Positions 9,601 through 19,294 of a stretch of DNA of 43,136 nucleotides are shown piece after piece (positions within the stretch are counted from its first letter, which is position 1; every line of letters begins with the position of its first letter). Where the stretch lies: IMG/VR virus record IMGVR_UViG_3300029286_003722, positions 1-43,136 of that record. One strand, given 5' to 3'. The translations under genes and the position numbers were made by a program. This DNA comes from a virus. Its lineage: Duplodnaviria > Caudoviricetes. The notes beneath the pieces are model-generated. The model was not told the DNA's origin. It was given only the letters and a program-made list of their open reading frames with translations, and did no database searches.

Positions 9601-12600
9601 TGAGCCTCCTGGACAGTCTGCAGGGCCTTCCTGTAGGATCTGGGATCCTGCTCCACCAGCTTCCTGGCTTTTTCGATCTCGGCCTTGCTGCTGTTTTTCG
9701 ACAGGTTCTTGACAAACGTGGACACCCCTTTGAAAGCTCCCCACCTCCAGATTGTCAGGCGGTTGTCCTTGTCCCTTCTGTTTACGGTTGAGCTTTTGCG
9801 CTGGCCGATATCCTGATAGGCTTTCAGGTCGTTGCCCAACCGGATAAGGCTGTCATCATTTTTCGCATAGTCCCGTAGGAATGCCCTATCCATCTCCTCG
9901 GGGGATTTGATGCGCGAATATGCATAGATCCTCCGGTGCCACTGCTCATCCTCATCAGTCCAGTTGAATTCCTTGTTTGCTCCCTGGCCCTGGATGTATT
10001 CCAGGAAATCATCGGCATCCTCGAACTTCCGGGCCTCTTCCAATGCCCAGGGATATTTCCTTAGGTGCTCTCGGAAACGGATCTCATTGTCAGCCCAAGG
10101 CTCACCGGCATATTCCTGCAGGGTACTGTCGGATACCCAGAACATCCGCTCGACAGCGTTTTTAACATCCTCTTTGCGGTTTTCAAGATAGGACTCCCTG
10201 GCTTCCTTGGAAAGCTGGTAGAGACGGGGAGACGTGGACTTGACTTCCTGTTCTAGCTGGATTACATTCTTACCAGAAGCAGTGCGAATGCTGTCCGTAT
10301 AATAGATGATACGGAAAAGCGCGGACTCGCTTCTTTTTTTATCGACAGCCAATAACCGGCCTGTCGAAGCTATTTCAGACAGCCGACCGCCCTGTGCGTC
10401 TTTATCCCAAGGGAATACACTGCGGACGAAGGTTGAGGTCTCTCCATTTGGGGTTTCAACATTTTTCAAAGCAATCACCACCGGTGTCATTTCCCCTTTG
10501 AATCGCACCATCATATCAGTCACAAAAAGCAACGACCCTTTATTGTCAGGACTATCGGCAACGACTACCGCGACAGGGTTGTTGATGAATTCCTGTACCC
10601 GTCTCAAATGGTCGTCCGTGATACACCAGTTGTGGTTTTTCATGACATGGGCACGGAGAGAACCCATGGCCTGGATACCAGCGGATCTGATCTTGAATTC
10701 ATTGGGAACATCCAGATTCCAGTACCACGGCTGATAATCCGCAAGCCGGAATATCTTGCTGGCATGTGCGAGCCGCTCTTGCTCTGAGGCGAAATCCCCG
10801 CTGATCACCCGCTCCAATTCAGCGTTGTAGTCATCGACACCATCGGGGAGCTGGAAAAGACGGGAAGGCTCAGAAGATTCTATTCCATCCTCAGATTCCC
10901 AGTTGTCGACAGTTCCCACCTGGCTATCGTCGAACACGATATAGATGTCGTGGATCTCCCCGTCTTCCTCAACTCCACGCACAATCACCCCATCATGGTC
11001 TTTCTTTGCTTGCTGGATGATACGGGAAAGATCCTCAGTACCTGAGAAACTGGAAGACTCAATCTCAAGGGGATGCTCGATATTGAGATAGGCACCGATG
11101 ATTGTGGGGTCGCCGTCCTCGGAATCCTCGACCTCATTGAGGATATCCCAATAGCGTATCGCCCGTGGATCCTCCTGGACGTCCTGCGATGTGGTGCTCC
11201 GTCCTTCTTTCTTGAATTCAGCGGCGATAGCCATGGCTTCCTTGGAGAGATCCATCGACTCCGGACTTTTCGCCCTAGCGGCATAGCCTTCGGCAATATA
11301 CTTTGAGGATGTGAAGAAAAAACCCTCGCGCGCATCATCGGCATGGGTATTCAGCCCCAAATACTTTTCATCGAAGGAGGAGAATGCGGACGTGGATCCG
11401 TGGTAGACCAAGAGTGGTCTTCCATCACTGCCTAGTACCTTGGAATTACCGAATTCCTCCTGGAATTCCCTGGATCCGACAGGAGGAGCCTTCTGGAACA
11501 GCTTGACTTTGGAATCCCCATCATCTATCATTTCTGGTAGGCGATCTACCTGCAAATCCGGTTCATAGCTTGACGTCAGTCCGGAGGTGGCATCATTGAT
11601 GGTGCCACTGGGTAGATGATTCTCATCATAATAATAAGCAGTAACAAGCCATGTTCTCTTTTTCCCATCCCAATCCAGCCTTATTGCGGCTTTCGCATCT
11701 CTTGTCTCTATGTGGTATCGGTCCTTATAAGCGCGAACAACCCTTCCAGTCCGAATCAAGTCCGATAAATGGGAGAGAATCTCTGGATGCATTTCTTGTA
11801 TATGGGCCAGTCCATACCCTTTTTCACCGGCCCTTCCATATACGAAATCAATAGGCCCGATCTCTTCCCTTGTTATGGCGGCCGGGACGCTACCCTTCTT
11901 GACCTTAAGCAAATGCTCAATCGCTTCCTCTGGATGGTTCGAGTATTCGGGAAATTCCGGTTTGAAATCCTCTTGGTAGAGAATGCTTGGATTGTCGGTA
12001 CCAAACGCTCCATTGTTGTCTGTGGCGGATTTGATGAGATTCGGATTCAATATGATAGGCCAGCTGTTGAGAGGATCAATGAAGGCGTCTATTCCAGTTT
12101 CCAGAGAAAACTCAAGGTTTGTCTTATCGATGTCCTCTGAATCCCTCTGCAACTCCTTCAACTCAGCCGCATATTTGTTTTTGTTTCCGTAAGCCAACTC
12201 AAAACGTCTGACATTCAGGAATGCGTCATATCTTCTTTTGCCTAGATTTGAGCTGATTGCCCCGTATTGCTGTGGGGTAAAGAAAATTCCTTTGATGCCT
12301 GAACTCCTGCTGTGTGATGCCTTGAACACATCAATGCCTTCGATATCGGTGAAATGATACCAAACCCTCGGTTCACCATTCTCATCCACAACCTTGGAGG
12401 AATTGAACTTGCCTCTATCACGCAACAGTGATACTATGAGCTTGGAGGCTGGTGTTGAGCTATCACCCTTAAGTGAGGTGTCTTGAAGTGGCTCATCGCT
12501 CAGCTTCCTTTTTATATCCACCTCATGCAGATAATATTCAGACTTGTTCCCCTTGCTCTTATTCACGACAACTTCTGCAATGTATTCCTCATTCCCGATG

Positions 12601-15600
12601 ATAAGGGGAGCGGCAACAACAAGGGAGGTGTATCCCCGTCCCTTATAATCCTCTATTTCACTGAAAATCCTTCCGTTTTTGAGAACATCGGGGACAGCCA
12701 TGAAAGCAGAGGCTTTTATTCTCCCCAATCCATGGGATATGGACGCTTTGATACCATCTTCGGCAAGAATGATATTCCCAAGAGTGGCAGTTGAAACCAC
12801 GCCACCGTATTCCTTGGCATAGTATTCTGATACCCGTTTTGATAGGGATACGTTTTCTTTCTGGAACTCATTTCCTGTAAGCCTTGATACCGGATCGGCA
12901 TCCATCAGCCATTTGAAATTCTGAGCAGCTTCCCAATCCCCGAACCATTCCTTGAATGCAGGGGCCCTCACCAGTACCCATTGTCTTTCAGTGAGGTTGG
13001 TGGGCTTTCCGTTTGGGGCCTTGAGCCATTGATCAGTACCCTTGTACCGGGCAACAACGGCATCGTACTGCGCTTGTAAATCGCTGGAAATGTCGGATTG
13101 GAACAGATTGTCGCTCCGGTAGTTGAACCGCTTGGATGGAGGAACAATGTTGCCTTCCTCATCGCGGACCACCGTGTCATTGAGCTTCCTGTTGTTCTTG
13201 GTGTCTTTATATGCGTAGGAACCGCCATCGTCATAGCCGAGTTCGGCTATCGAGTTCACATCCCACCACACATGCTCTATTGGCACAGAATGGTAGATGA
13301 TGCGGTATCCTTCAGGAATCATTGCTCCTTCATTCTGTGCATAGGCCCTGTCAGGGGTGACCCAGTCGCCGTTTCGGAACATGTCTTCCTTGATATTTTT
13401 AGGGATCGCTCGGTATAGTCGAATCCTGGCTTTTCCGTTCTTCCTGTACCGGTCGATAGCATTCTTCACCTGCCAGAAGGATTCTCTCTCTCCTTCTCCT
13501 GTATACCAATTGGGATGGTCCCAATAATCCTTGGGTACAAGATCGGACTCTCCAAGCTTCGAGAGGTTCTCATCCTCACGGTTCGGAGCCTTATGGTTCA
13601 TTCTGAAGTCATTGTCTGATAGATACCCTTTTTTTCTGGCAATATCGTCGACAATCTTACGTGCAGCTTCCTCATCCCCGTTCTCGAGTGCCTTGAAATA
13701 TCGGTCGTCAGCGTTCTGGAACATCACATATCCATCAGGACCGACAGGGATCTCCTGTTGCATGGACTTGCCCTGCAGGATCCTGCCGAAAGAGGCCTTC
13801 ACCTCAGGGGACAGATCAGAGCCAGCGAACTCCATGAAACCCCTGAGGATATCACGCATCCTGCGGAACACCCGTTTCAATCCGGTCGTGGGGGCCTCTC
13901 CGGTACGGAGGTAGCGGACAAAATCATCCGCGAACCGCTCCTCGAACGGACGGACCACCGCCATGGCCTCTTCCTCATTTCCATAGGTTTTCCCGTCCAG
14001 GGTGAACGTGCCATCCTGGTTCCTGGACACGTCCTCAATCCACAGTGCTCCGCCATAATGGCCTTTGAACTCATCGACCAGCGTTCTGTCAGCCGTTCCC
14101 CGGACAAAATGTCCCAATTCATGGAGGACCGTGGAGGCATCGGCCTTGCGCCCCAGGTGGATGGTGTACTTCTTTTTACCGTCCTCCGTGACGTTATCGA
14201 TATACCCCCTTGCTGGGGTCTGTGTGTCCAGCACAAACCCAAGGCCCTGGGAAAGCATCTCATCCGTACCCATGTGGAGCGCCTCGGCCACCATGATCAC
14301 CGCATCGACATTGCTTTCCAACGCCACAGGAGAGACCCGTCCACCGGTATGGCTTACCAGATCCCCGATACTGCTCTTCACCAGCTTCCGCTCCTGGTAT
14401 TGAAGATATTTATCCTCACCCAGCAGGGATCTCTGCTGCGGGTTCAACTCAGCATCGAACGCCTGTTCTGGTTCGGTGATCTCCATCTTCTCGGAGGGGT
14501 TGGCTGTGGCCGTAATCTTCACCAGATCGCCACTGGAATCCCGCATGACCATCGTGACCAGGTCCCCTTCCCTGGTCACCGCTTCGGTGAACGGCTCGAA
14601 TGAGGCGACACCCTGTTCAAGGTCCTCCTCAGAGGAGAACACCACGACATCGCTGTCCCCCACACGTGCTCCCATGGTCCTGGCGGCATCGTTGACCAGC
14701 GACACATGGTCGCTGTCGTTCAGATATTCACCCTCCTCCACCACAACGTTCATGGCCGGGGCTCCCTGGAGTTTCGCCTGGGCGGCCTTGTCCATCTCCT
14801 CCTGGTTGATGGGAACCAGGCGTGATCCTATGTGGGCGACACGTACTGGCTCGATCTTCCCAACGGTCTTCTTATCAGGCTTCCCAGATCCAGTTTTTTC
14901 TTTCCCTTCCGGCTTTTCTTTCTTATTCGATTCATCGTAAGCGGTGAGGACATCCTTGGTGGGAACGGAGACAAAGGAACTGTCTATAGGGATTGATTTC
15001 TCCGTGGATTTGAACGTCTTGTTCGCATTCAGGCGCATCGTTGTGGAATAGACCCCTTGGCCAACTCCTGCTGTGATGAAGCTGGTAAGGAACATGCTTC
15101 TGGCGGCCTCGGTAGTAGCCTTTGCAGCTTCCTTGGCTACTTCTTCAATCGACTTTATCTCAAAGGATGCTCCCTCTTTGTTGGCCATGAATTGCAGTGC
15201 TGAGATATACCCATTCTCTAGGCTTTTCCCGATACCTTCCTCCAACGCCTCTCCCGCGTCACCTTTCGCTGTTTCCCACAGGAAGTTCTTCGATGCGTTG
15301 AGGAATCCCTTCTCCAACTGTTTGGACAGCTCCCGGGTTCCAAACGCGGCTTTCAGTTGTTTGTACCATGGGAACAGCTCCATGCTGCCCACCTCCACCA
15401 GACCTGAAGTGATTGCCAGTGCATGGAACAGCAATTGGGACTGTGTTGATTCCCAGGGAAGCCTATTGCCCTCCGAGTCCTCCATCTGCATCACGTTGTA
15501 CAGGGTGTTGCCCATTTGGGTATACCCGGAAGAAACCACGTTCATTCCGGTAGCGATGGCCTGGCCTGCGCCCGATATGGCTTTCGCGACAGCTGGTCCC

Positions 15601-16181
15601 CATGCCAGATTCGCCACACCTCCCGGGATCCAGGACAATAGAGCGGATGTGGCAATGAACTCTGCGGAGGAGAGAAGCGTCTGAACACTGTCCAGCCCCA
15701 GTTCTCCAAACTCCCCGTAATCATTCAGAATCGGATTGGATATGATCCTCCGCTGGTACTCCTCTGCATTCTTCAGGAAACCGGTATTCCCCGTTATCAT
15801 GTACAATGAGGTGTTCTTGCCGAGCATGCTGTTGCTCCAATACTCGGATGCTTTGGTTTTCAGTGCTTCCCAATAACTCTTGTCTCCCAGATCTATGCCG
15901 GACACCGAAGAGGCCAGACCCATATCGGACAGTTCAAATGCCTGGTCAAGATCCATGCCGATGTTGTTGAGCATGAGCGCGGTATCATACCTGGCGACAA
16001 CGCCATTGGGATCATCCGATTTCTGGATCGAGTCAAGAAGTGATCCCTTGAGCTTCCGTTCGATATCGAGCCACCCCATTGCGGGAGCATCCTGCTTGAA
16101 ATCCTTCATTGAATCAGGATTTCCCATCTTCATGAGCCGAAGGGTCTCGCTGTTTGCCAAAGCCTGTGAGTAATTGTCCAT
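6606..16181 (-). CDS. Giant internal virion (ejected) polyvalent protein, 3191 aa: HExxH metallopeptidase plus ART-like, LPD3-like, BECR-RNase-like and MuF-C-like domains
   Basis: Occupies the last internal-virion gene position. HELGH...EERFA motif at 14109-14123. ART-PolyVal-type motifs (SKVVDENGEPRVWYH; GRPLLVYHGS...GFFFTS). PBECR-type motif (IDFVYG...GYGLAHI...WLVTAY). Coiled-coil and helical C-terminal half. Confidence 0.85.
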   Translation of the reverse strand: MDNYSQALANSETLRLMKMGNPDSMKDFKQDAPAMGWLDIERKLKGSLLDSIQKSDDPNGVVARYDTALMLNNIGMDLDQAFELSDMGLASSVSGIDLGDKSYWEALKTKASEYWSNSMLGKNTSLYMITGNTGFLKNAEEYQRRIISNPILNDYGEFGELGLDSVQTLLSSAEFIATSALLSWIPGGVANLAWGPAVAKAISGAGQAIATGMNVVSSGYTQMGNTLYNVMQMEDSEGNRLPWESTQSQLLFHALAITSGLVEVGSMELFPWYKQLKAAFGTRELSKQLEKGFLNASKNFLWETAKGDAGEALEEGIGKSLENGYISALQFMANKEGASFEIKSIEEVAKEAAKATTEAARSMFLTSFITAGVGQGVYSTTMRLNANKTFKSTEKSIPIDSSFVSVPTKDVLTAYDESNKKEKPEGKEKTGSGKPDKKTVGKIEPVRVAHIGSRLVPINQEEMDKAAQAKLQGAPAMNVVVEEGEYLNDSDHVSLVNDAARTMGARVGDSDVVVFSSEEDLEQGVASFEPFTEAVTREGDLVTMVMRDSSGDLVKITATANPSEKMEITEPEQAFDAELNPQQRSLLGEDKYLQYQERKLVKSSIGDLVSHTGGRVSPVALESNVDAVIMVAEALHMGTDEMLSQGLGFVLDTQTPARGYIDNVTEDGKKKYTIHLGRKADASTVLHELGHFVRGTADRTLVDEFKGHYGGALWIEDVSRNQDGTFTLDGKTYGNEEEAMAVVRPFEERFADDFVRYLRTGEAPTTGLKRVFRRMRDILRGFMEFAGSDLSPEVKASFGRILQGKSMQQEIPVGPDGYVMFQNADDRYFKALENGDEEAARKIVDDIARKKGYLSDNDFRMNHKAPNREDENLSKLGESDLVPKDYWDHPNWYTGEGERESFWQVKNAIDRYRKNGKARIRLYRAIPKNIKEDMFRNGDWVTPDRAYAQNEGAMIPEGYRIIYHSVPIEHVWWDVNSIAELGYDDGGSYAYKDTKNNRKLNDTVVRDEEGNIVPPSKRFNYRSDNLFQSDISSDLQAQYDAVVARYKGTDQWLKAPNGKPTNLTERQWVLVRAPAFKEWFGDWEAAQNFKWLMDADPVSRLTGNEFQKENVSLSKRVSEYYAKEYGGVVSTATLGNIILAEDGIKASISHGLGRIKASAFMAVPDVLKNGRIFSEIEDYKGRGYTSLVVAAPLIIGNEEYIAEVVVNKSKGNKSEYYLHEVDIKRKLSDEPLQDTSLKGDSSTPASKLIVSLLRDRGKFNSSKVVDENGEPRVWYHFTDIEGIDVFKASHSRSSGIKGIFFTPQQYGAISSNLGKRRYDAFLNVRRFELAYGNKNKYAAELKELQRDSEDIDKTNLEFSLETGIDAFIDPLNSWPIILNPNLIKSATDNNGAFGTDNPSILYQEDFKPEFPEYSNHPEEAIEHLLKVKKGSVPAAITREEIGPIDFVYGRAGEKGYGLAHIQEMHPEILSHLSDLIRTGRVVRAYKDRYHIETRDAKAAIRLDWDGKKRTWLVTAYYYDENHLPSGTINDATSGLTSSYEPDLQVDRLPEMIDDGDSKVKLFQKAPPVGSREFQEEFGNSKVLGSDGRPLLVYHGSTSAFSSFDEKYLGLNTHADDAREGFFFTSSKYIAEGYAARAKSPESMDLSKEAMAIAAEFKKEGRSTTSQDVQEDPRAIRYWDILNEVEDSEDGDPTIIGAYLNIEHPLEIESSSFSGTEDLSRIIQQAKKDHDGVIVRGVEEDGEIHDIYIVFDDSQVGTVDNWESEDGIESSEPSRLFQLPDGVDDYNAELERVISGDFASEQERLAHASKIFRLADYQPWYWNLDVPNEFKIRSAGIQAMGSLRAHVMKNHNWCITDDHLRRVQEFINNPVAVVVADSPDNKGSLLFVTDMMVRFKGEMTPVVIALKNVETPNGETSTFVRSVFPWDKDAQGGRLSEIASTGRLLAVDKKRSESALFRIIYYTDSIRTASGKNVIQLEQEVKSTSPRLYQLSKEARESYLENRKEDVKNAVERMFWVSDSTLQEYAGEPWADNEIRFREHLRKYPWALEEARKFEDADDFLEYIQGQGANKEFNWTDEDEQWHRRIYAYSRIKSPEEMDRAFLRDYAKNDDSLIRLGNDLKAYQDIGQRKSSTVNRRDKDNRLTIWRWGAFKGVSTFVKNLSKNSSKAEIEKARKLVEQDPRSYRKALQTVQEAQDRVLEYKGILPRGDASRDAYYDALGEEMEEILAPLALNEMTDSEVAKYLRTSADKQQRFDARDRLATHRGVYAMELQADAELRAQGKAHLAEIEGLRKQLDTGRQELKATTEALGKYSLELRAVRTNLQDERNRSSSLANQLDAKSAKASKAAQLARDLADRRERVRTLRTQLTEQNQNVRSLEDTVRAWERRDRARKLRENIEDLQARVRKNLQFVDETMDASYEPVFHWVQEALHLARKEDDSVHSPWEQDRSVLEQYLDPSIMSMLIGGLKLEQWTVEDMEDLVLGVRMMGRDARIMHNGRMLDQSARRDAVEVAYYKQTIGVDPTISGSASVSYDLTDNLSTVGGKVKDDGLGKELRTANAWWTKMQRIARLLDGQKEGVLYDQLVRKAHYNQQHEFQNADTRIAEGKQKRTELGISDESLQKIIYTYSPVVKSKIGKGDGISLTRDQVIGLYIFSKEEEGCIKLYDQVVGNRLNPEQLSEAVGKLTDREKGYAEYLISALGGEGHWQRLAEVFYRVYNKRLGKRRNYFTFEAENKTTEGNTDLLVGPKGDPVRYTDKGFTKAINHWAKYALRLDATNIFEKNVRRQEHFIAWAQWVRDLNFMLSNKGALGRIISDRYGASYSKAVQNYVNDVGSPNLVLSDMDQMVNKIVSTASGATLAFSVSSLFRQVGSVSALFRGDISLYGYFKATAQLMNWESHAEAIATIESLAPELKHQAFDIDVARMRAAKRKTSAGRGLQKTLDIGMAHLGWMDMSIKHVLWLSAYQSYLKKNEKSSSDVDALSREAAFRASQFIAETQSVTNATDLNEIQRNKNPWLRLMFMFSNDTMQHINQVWHDIPYYWKQHDSRRIIGTTVSLALNIGLQMAISGAFLPDKDDDEEKERKKIQGALLEELVKDTMPMIGSVVSEGVSGWSGSGIVSPAPLGSLLQALTTGDDVKILDRIGDLMFEGAKVVGLPAGIGKKAIKSVQEMNPLYLVNSEWGKFGERVFGGDL

Positions 16182-16189
16182 GAGGACTC

Positions 16190-19100
16190 CTATAGTCTTT
16201 CCCTGGGACTGTCAGAGGCGATCCCAAGGAGGTTCATGCGGTATTTCTGGATATCTGCCATAAGGGTGTCGAGCTCTTCTCTTTTTGCATCCCGGCTATC
16301 GACAATCCCACGGGTGGCGGGGTATAGCTGTTGGGCTCTCGTCGACTGGTAACTGTTCCCATCTCCTGCGTTCTTGCTCACACTGTCGTAAGTGGCGAGT
16401 CTTTTCTGGAAAATAGGATCAGACACCTGGCGGTTCAGGTCGGACAATTCGTAGGTGAGCTGTGGATCCACATACGATTTGAACACGATGAGATTCTTCA
16501 GAGCACTGTCGTCTCCAGTGAACATGCCCCAGCCCAGGGTACCGCGGTTTTTCGCATCGATATCGACAGGAAGGTAATACGCACTGTGATTCTGTGGATC
16601 CTGGTATGCCCACATTCTTCCCGTGACCTTCATGTCAGAGGGATGGACGCCAAAGGATCCTTCCAGAGCCTTCTCATATATCCTTGAAGAAGCGACAAAG
16701 TTCACGTTCGCCAACACCTCGAGCTTGTCGAACGATGTCCCCTTCTCCTGAAGCTCTTTGTACGTGCTGTAAGGGGAGAACTCTTTGGTGAACTCATCGA
16801 GCATCTTGTCGTTGGACAGATTGCGCAGCCTATACAGACTGTTCGCCTTGTCCCAATTGATCAGCAGATCGTAATCTCCATCCGAGACACCTTTCATGAA
16901 GGTCACGAAATCACCGTCATCGAAGTGGCCCAGTAGCTTGTCCACATCGCCCTCGGTCACCATTTTGGAGATTCCCGTCAGATTCTTGAGGAATCCTTTC
17001 GCGGTGGAATTCTGTGCGAACGATCTGAGCTGTATCTGCAGTTTGCCGAAATTCTCTCCAAGCAGTGAGGGATCCCGGGTTACGGCCCGTTCAGCCGCAT
17101 CGGTCAGCTCGTTGGTGAGGTAGGTCCTTTCGATTCCCGCTCCAGATCTATCCTTATAGATGGATCCAACAATCTCCTTGATGGATGTCTTCAGAACATC
17201 CGCATTGCCCAGATCGACAAATTTCCGATGGGTGGAGAGTGGCTCCCCAGTCTCGGCTCTGAGCAATCCTGCTGAGACAAAACCGCTTACCACCTGTTTG
17301 AGCGTGTCAGGCAGAACAGTTGCATCGCTTCTCAGACCATCCACAAAGGCCAGTACCGTTGGATCATCCACCACCAGAGTGTCAGTGGATCCAGCCATGG
17401 AGGAGATCTGCTGCCGGGTATCGTCGTTTTTAATCCAGGTGAGCATCTCCTGGGTGATTGAGGATCCTTCCCCGCTCTTGATCCTCTGGAACATCCCGCC
17501 GATCAGCGATTCCTGGGACATCCCCTTCTGGATGGGCGTGGTGCTCTGGGAACCCCCTGCCACAAGTTCTCCCCCTGCTTTCGCCTGGACGGCTTCCAAC
17601 TCCTCATTGGCCTTCCTTTCCCGGGAACCGATCAATCTGAGTTGGGCGTGTCCTGCTTCTGTCCTGTCAGCCCACAGCTGTTCCTGCACCGCATTGGCCT
17701 GCTGGGAGACAATCTCCCTGGCCACGGCGTTCTGGATCTCAGCATCGACCGGAGTCTTGTCCTTCTGCGGTCCCCTCTCCCCTTTTACCGTGTCCTGGGT
17801 GGGAACGGTCTCCTGAATCTCCGCTTCTGGAGATTCGGCCGCTGTCTCCCCGCCCCCGTTCGGGTCAAATGAGAACTTCGGCATTTGGAGAGAGAATGAC
17901 GGTTTACCGGCAAGGAACCGCACTACATCCTGTTTGTGTTCCTCCAGGTAGGCTTCCCCCTCTTTCCCATACCGGACACTATCGATGGGTGGAGCTTCTG
18001 CAAGGGCTGACTCGACAATGGGAGCGATATCCACATCCCCCACCATGACCGGCTCTGCCTGGGAAGACTCCCCCACAGTCTCCATCATCAGCTTGACCAC
18101 AGCGTCCACATCCCCCTGGCTGTCCAGATATTCCTTGGTGAGCCGCGCCACCGCATCGTTGCGGTTCTTCTGGGACATGGGACCTGTATTCTTTACAATG
18201 GACTCCCTGGCCTTGACCAGGGTCCCTCCAGAATGGATGATCCTGTTTCCCTCGTTGACCAGGGCCTGCTCATAGACCTTGTCGCGCTTGGTGGGATCAT
18301 GGATTTGCTCCACAACTCCCCAATCCTCAGTGGAGAACACTTTCCCATTATCCAGTTCCTTGAATATGGCTTGAGAGATCAGCACGTCATTGTTCGCCAC
18401 CGCCGTGTTCCGAGTCTTGTACAGCTCCAGCTGGTGCCGCCGTGGGACAGAGGGAATCAGACTGTCGATCGACTCAGGATCGAACACCTGGCCTTGTGTC
18501 TTGGCGCTTTCCACCTGGGTGAGGATCTCATTGTTTGTCTGGGTGAAGTTCTCATCCACGTTGGTGTCGAACTGTTTCCTCCACGTGGTGACGGCCTTCA
18601 CATAGGATGCGCTCTGTTTCGCGTCCAGCCCATAGGATCCCGCGATCTCCTTGGCCTTCGCATCGAAATCAAAGGAAGTATCCGCATAAGAGGCGGAGTA
18701 TGCGTTTTGGATATCCTGCGCGGCTTTGGCTGGAGCCGCACTGTAGCGGAAATCCTTTACCTTGCTGGCGATCATGCTATCCGTGTATGGGGTGTTGAGC
18801 ACCAGAAACGCGCTGTAGTCCCTTACCGCTGAGTCAAGATCGGCATCATTGGCGATGATCAAATTGCCCTTGTCCTCGATATCGGCCTCCAGCATCTTCA
18901 TGCGCCCGTTGGTGGCCTGGATGGAGGCCTTGGAGGCCACGGTACTCTTCAGTTGTGGCAGGGTGTTCTCCAGCAGATCCTTTTTAGCCAGATCCCCCAG
19001 CGTGCTGTCCGAGGATATCTCCGCGGCGAAAGTGCCGAACTGATCCTCAACCTCTTTCCCGTACGCATCGAAATCCGTGCTGTATTGCAGGTTGTTCAGG

Positions 19101-19285
19101 AACTCATTCGAACGGTTCACCAGATCGGTGTTCTTCCGGTCTGCCTCTGTCTTGGCCAGTGAGGCTTTCAGCTGGTCATCCAGCTGCTTGTGCTTTCCAA
19201 TTGTTTCCACCGCATTGAACGTGGTATCAACCAACGTGCTGACCCCTTCCTGGATCTGCCCCGCCACAAACGATCTGACTCCCAT
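16190..19285 (-). CDS. Internal virion protein (1031 aa)
   Basis: Large helical ORF between the small pilot-like protein and the giant protein, matching podovirus ejectosome synteny. AAGGAG RBS. Confidence 0.7.
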   Translation of the reverse strand: MGVRSFVAGQIQEGVSTLVDTTFNAVETIGKHKQLDDQLKASLAKTEADRKNTDLVNRSNEFLNNLQYSTDFDAYGKEVEDQFGTFAAEISSDSTLGDLAKKDLLENTLPQLKSTVASKASIQATNGRMKMLEADIEDKGNLIIANDADLDSAVRDYSAFLVLNTPYTDSMIASKVKDFRYSAAPAKAAQDIQNAYSASYADTSFDFDAKAKEIAGSYGLDAKQSASYVKAVTTWRKQFDTNVDENFTQTNNEILTQVESAKTQGQVFDPESIDSLIPSVPRRHQLELYKTRNTAVANNDVLISQAIFKELDNGKVFSTEDWGVVEQIHDPTKRDKVYEQALVNEGNRIIHSGGTLVKARESIVKNTGPMSQKNRNDAVARLTKEYLDSQGDVDAVVKLMMETVGESSQAEPVMVGDVDIAPIVESALAEAPPIDSVRYGKEGEAYLEEHKQDVVRFLAGKPSFSLQMPKFSFDPNGGGETAAESPEAEIQETVPTQDTVKGERGPQKDKTPVDAEIQNAVAREIVSQQANAVQEQLWADRTEAGHAQLRLIGSRERKANEELEAVQAKAGGELVAGGSQSTTPIQKGMSQESLIGGMFQRIKSGEGSSITQEMLTWIKNDDTRQQISSMAGSTDTLVVDDPTVLAFVDGLRSDATVLPDTLKQVVSGFVSAGLLRAETGEPLSTHRKFVDLGNADVLKTSIKEIVGSIYKDRSGAGIERTYLTNELTDAAERAVTRDPSLLGENFGKLQIQLRSFAQNSTAKGFLKNLTGISKMVTEGDVDKLLGHFDDGDFVTFMKGVSDGDYDLLINWDKANSLYRLRNLSNDKMLDEFTKEFSPYSTYKELQEKGTSFDKLEVLANVNFVASSRIYEKALEGSFGVHPSDMKVTGRMWAYQDPQNHSAYYLPVDIDAKNRGTLGWGMFTGDDSALKNLIVFKSYVDPQLTYELSDLNRQVSDPIFQKRLATYDSVSKNAGDGNSYQSTRAQQLYPATRGIVDSRDAKREELDTLMADIQKYRMNLLGIASDSPRERL

Positions 19286-19294
19286 GATGTCTCC

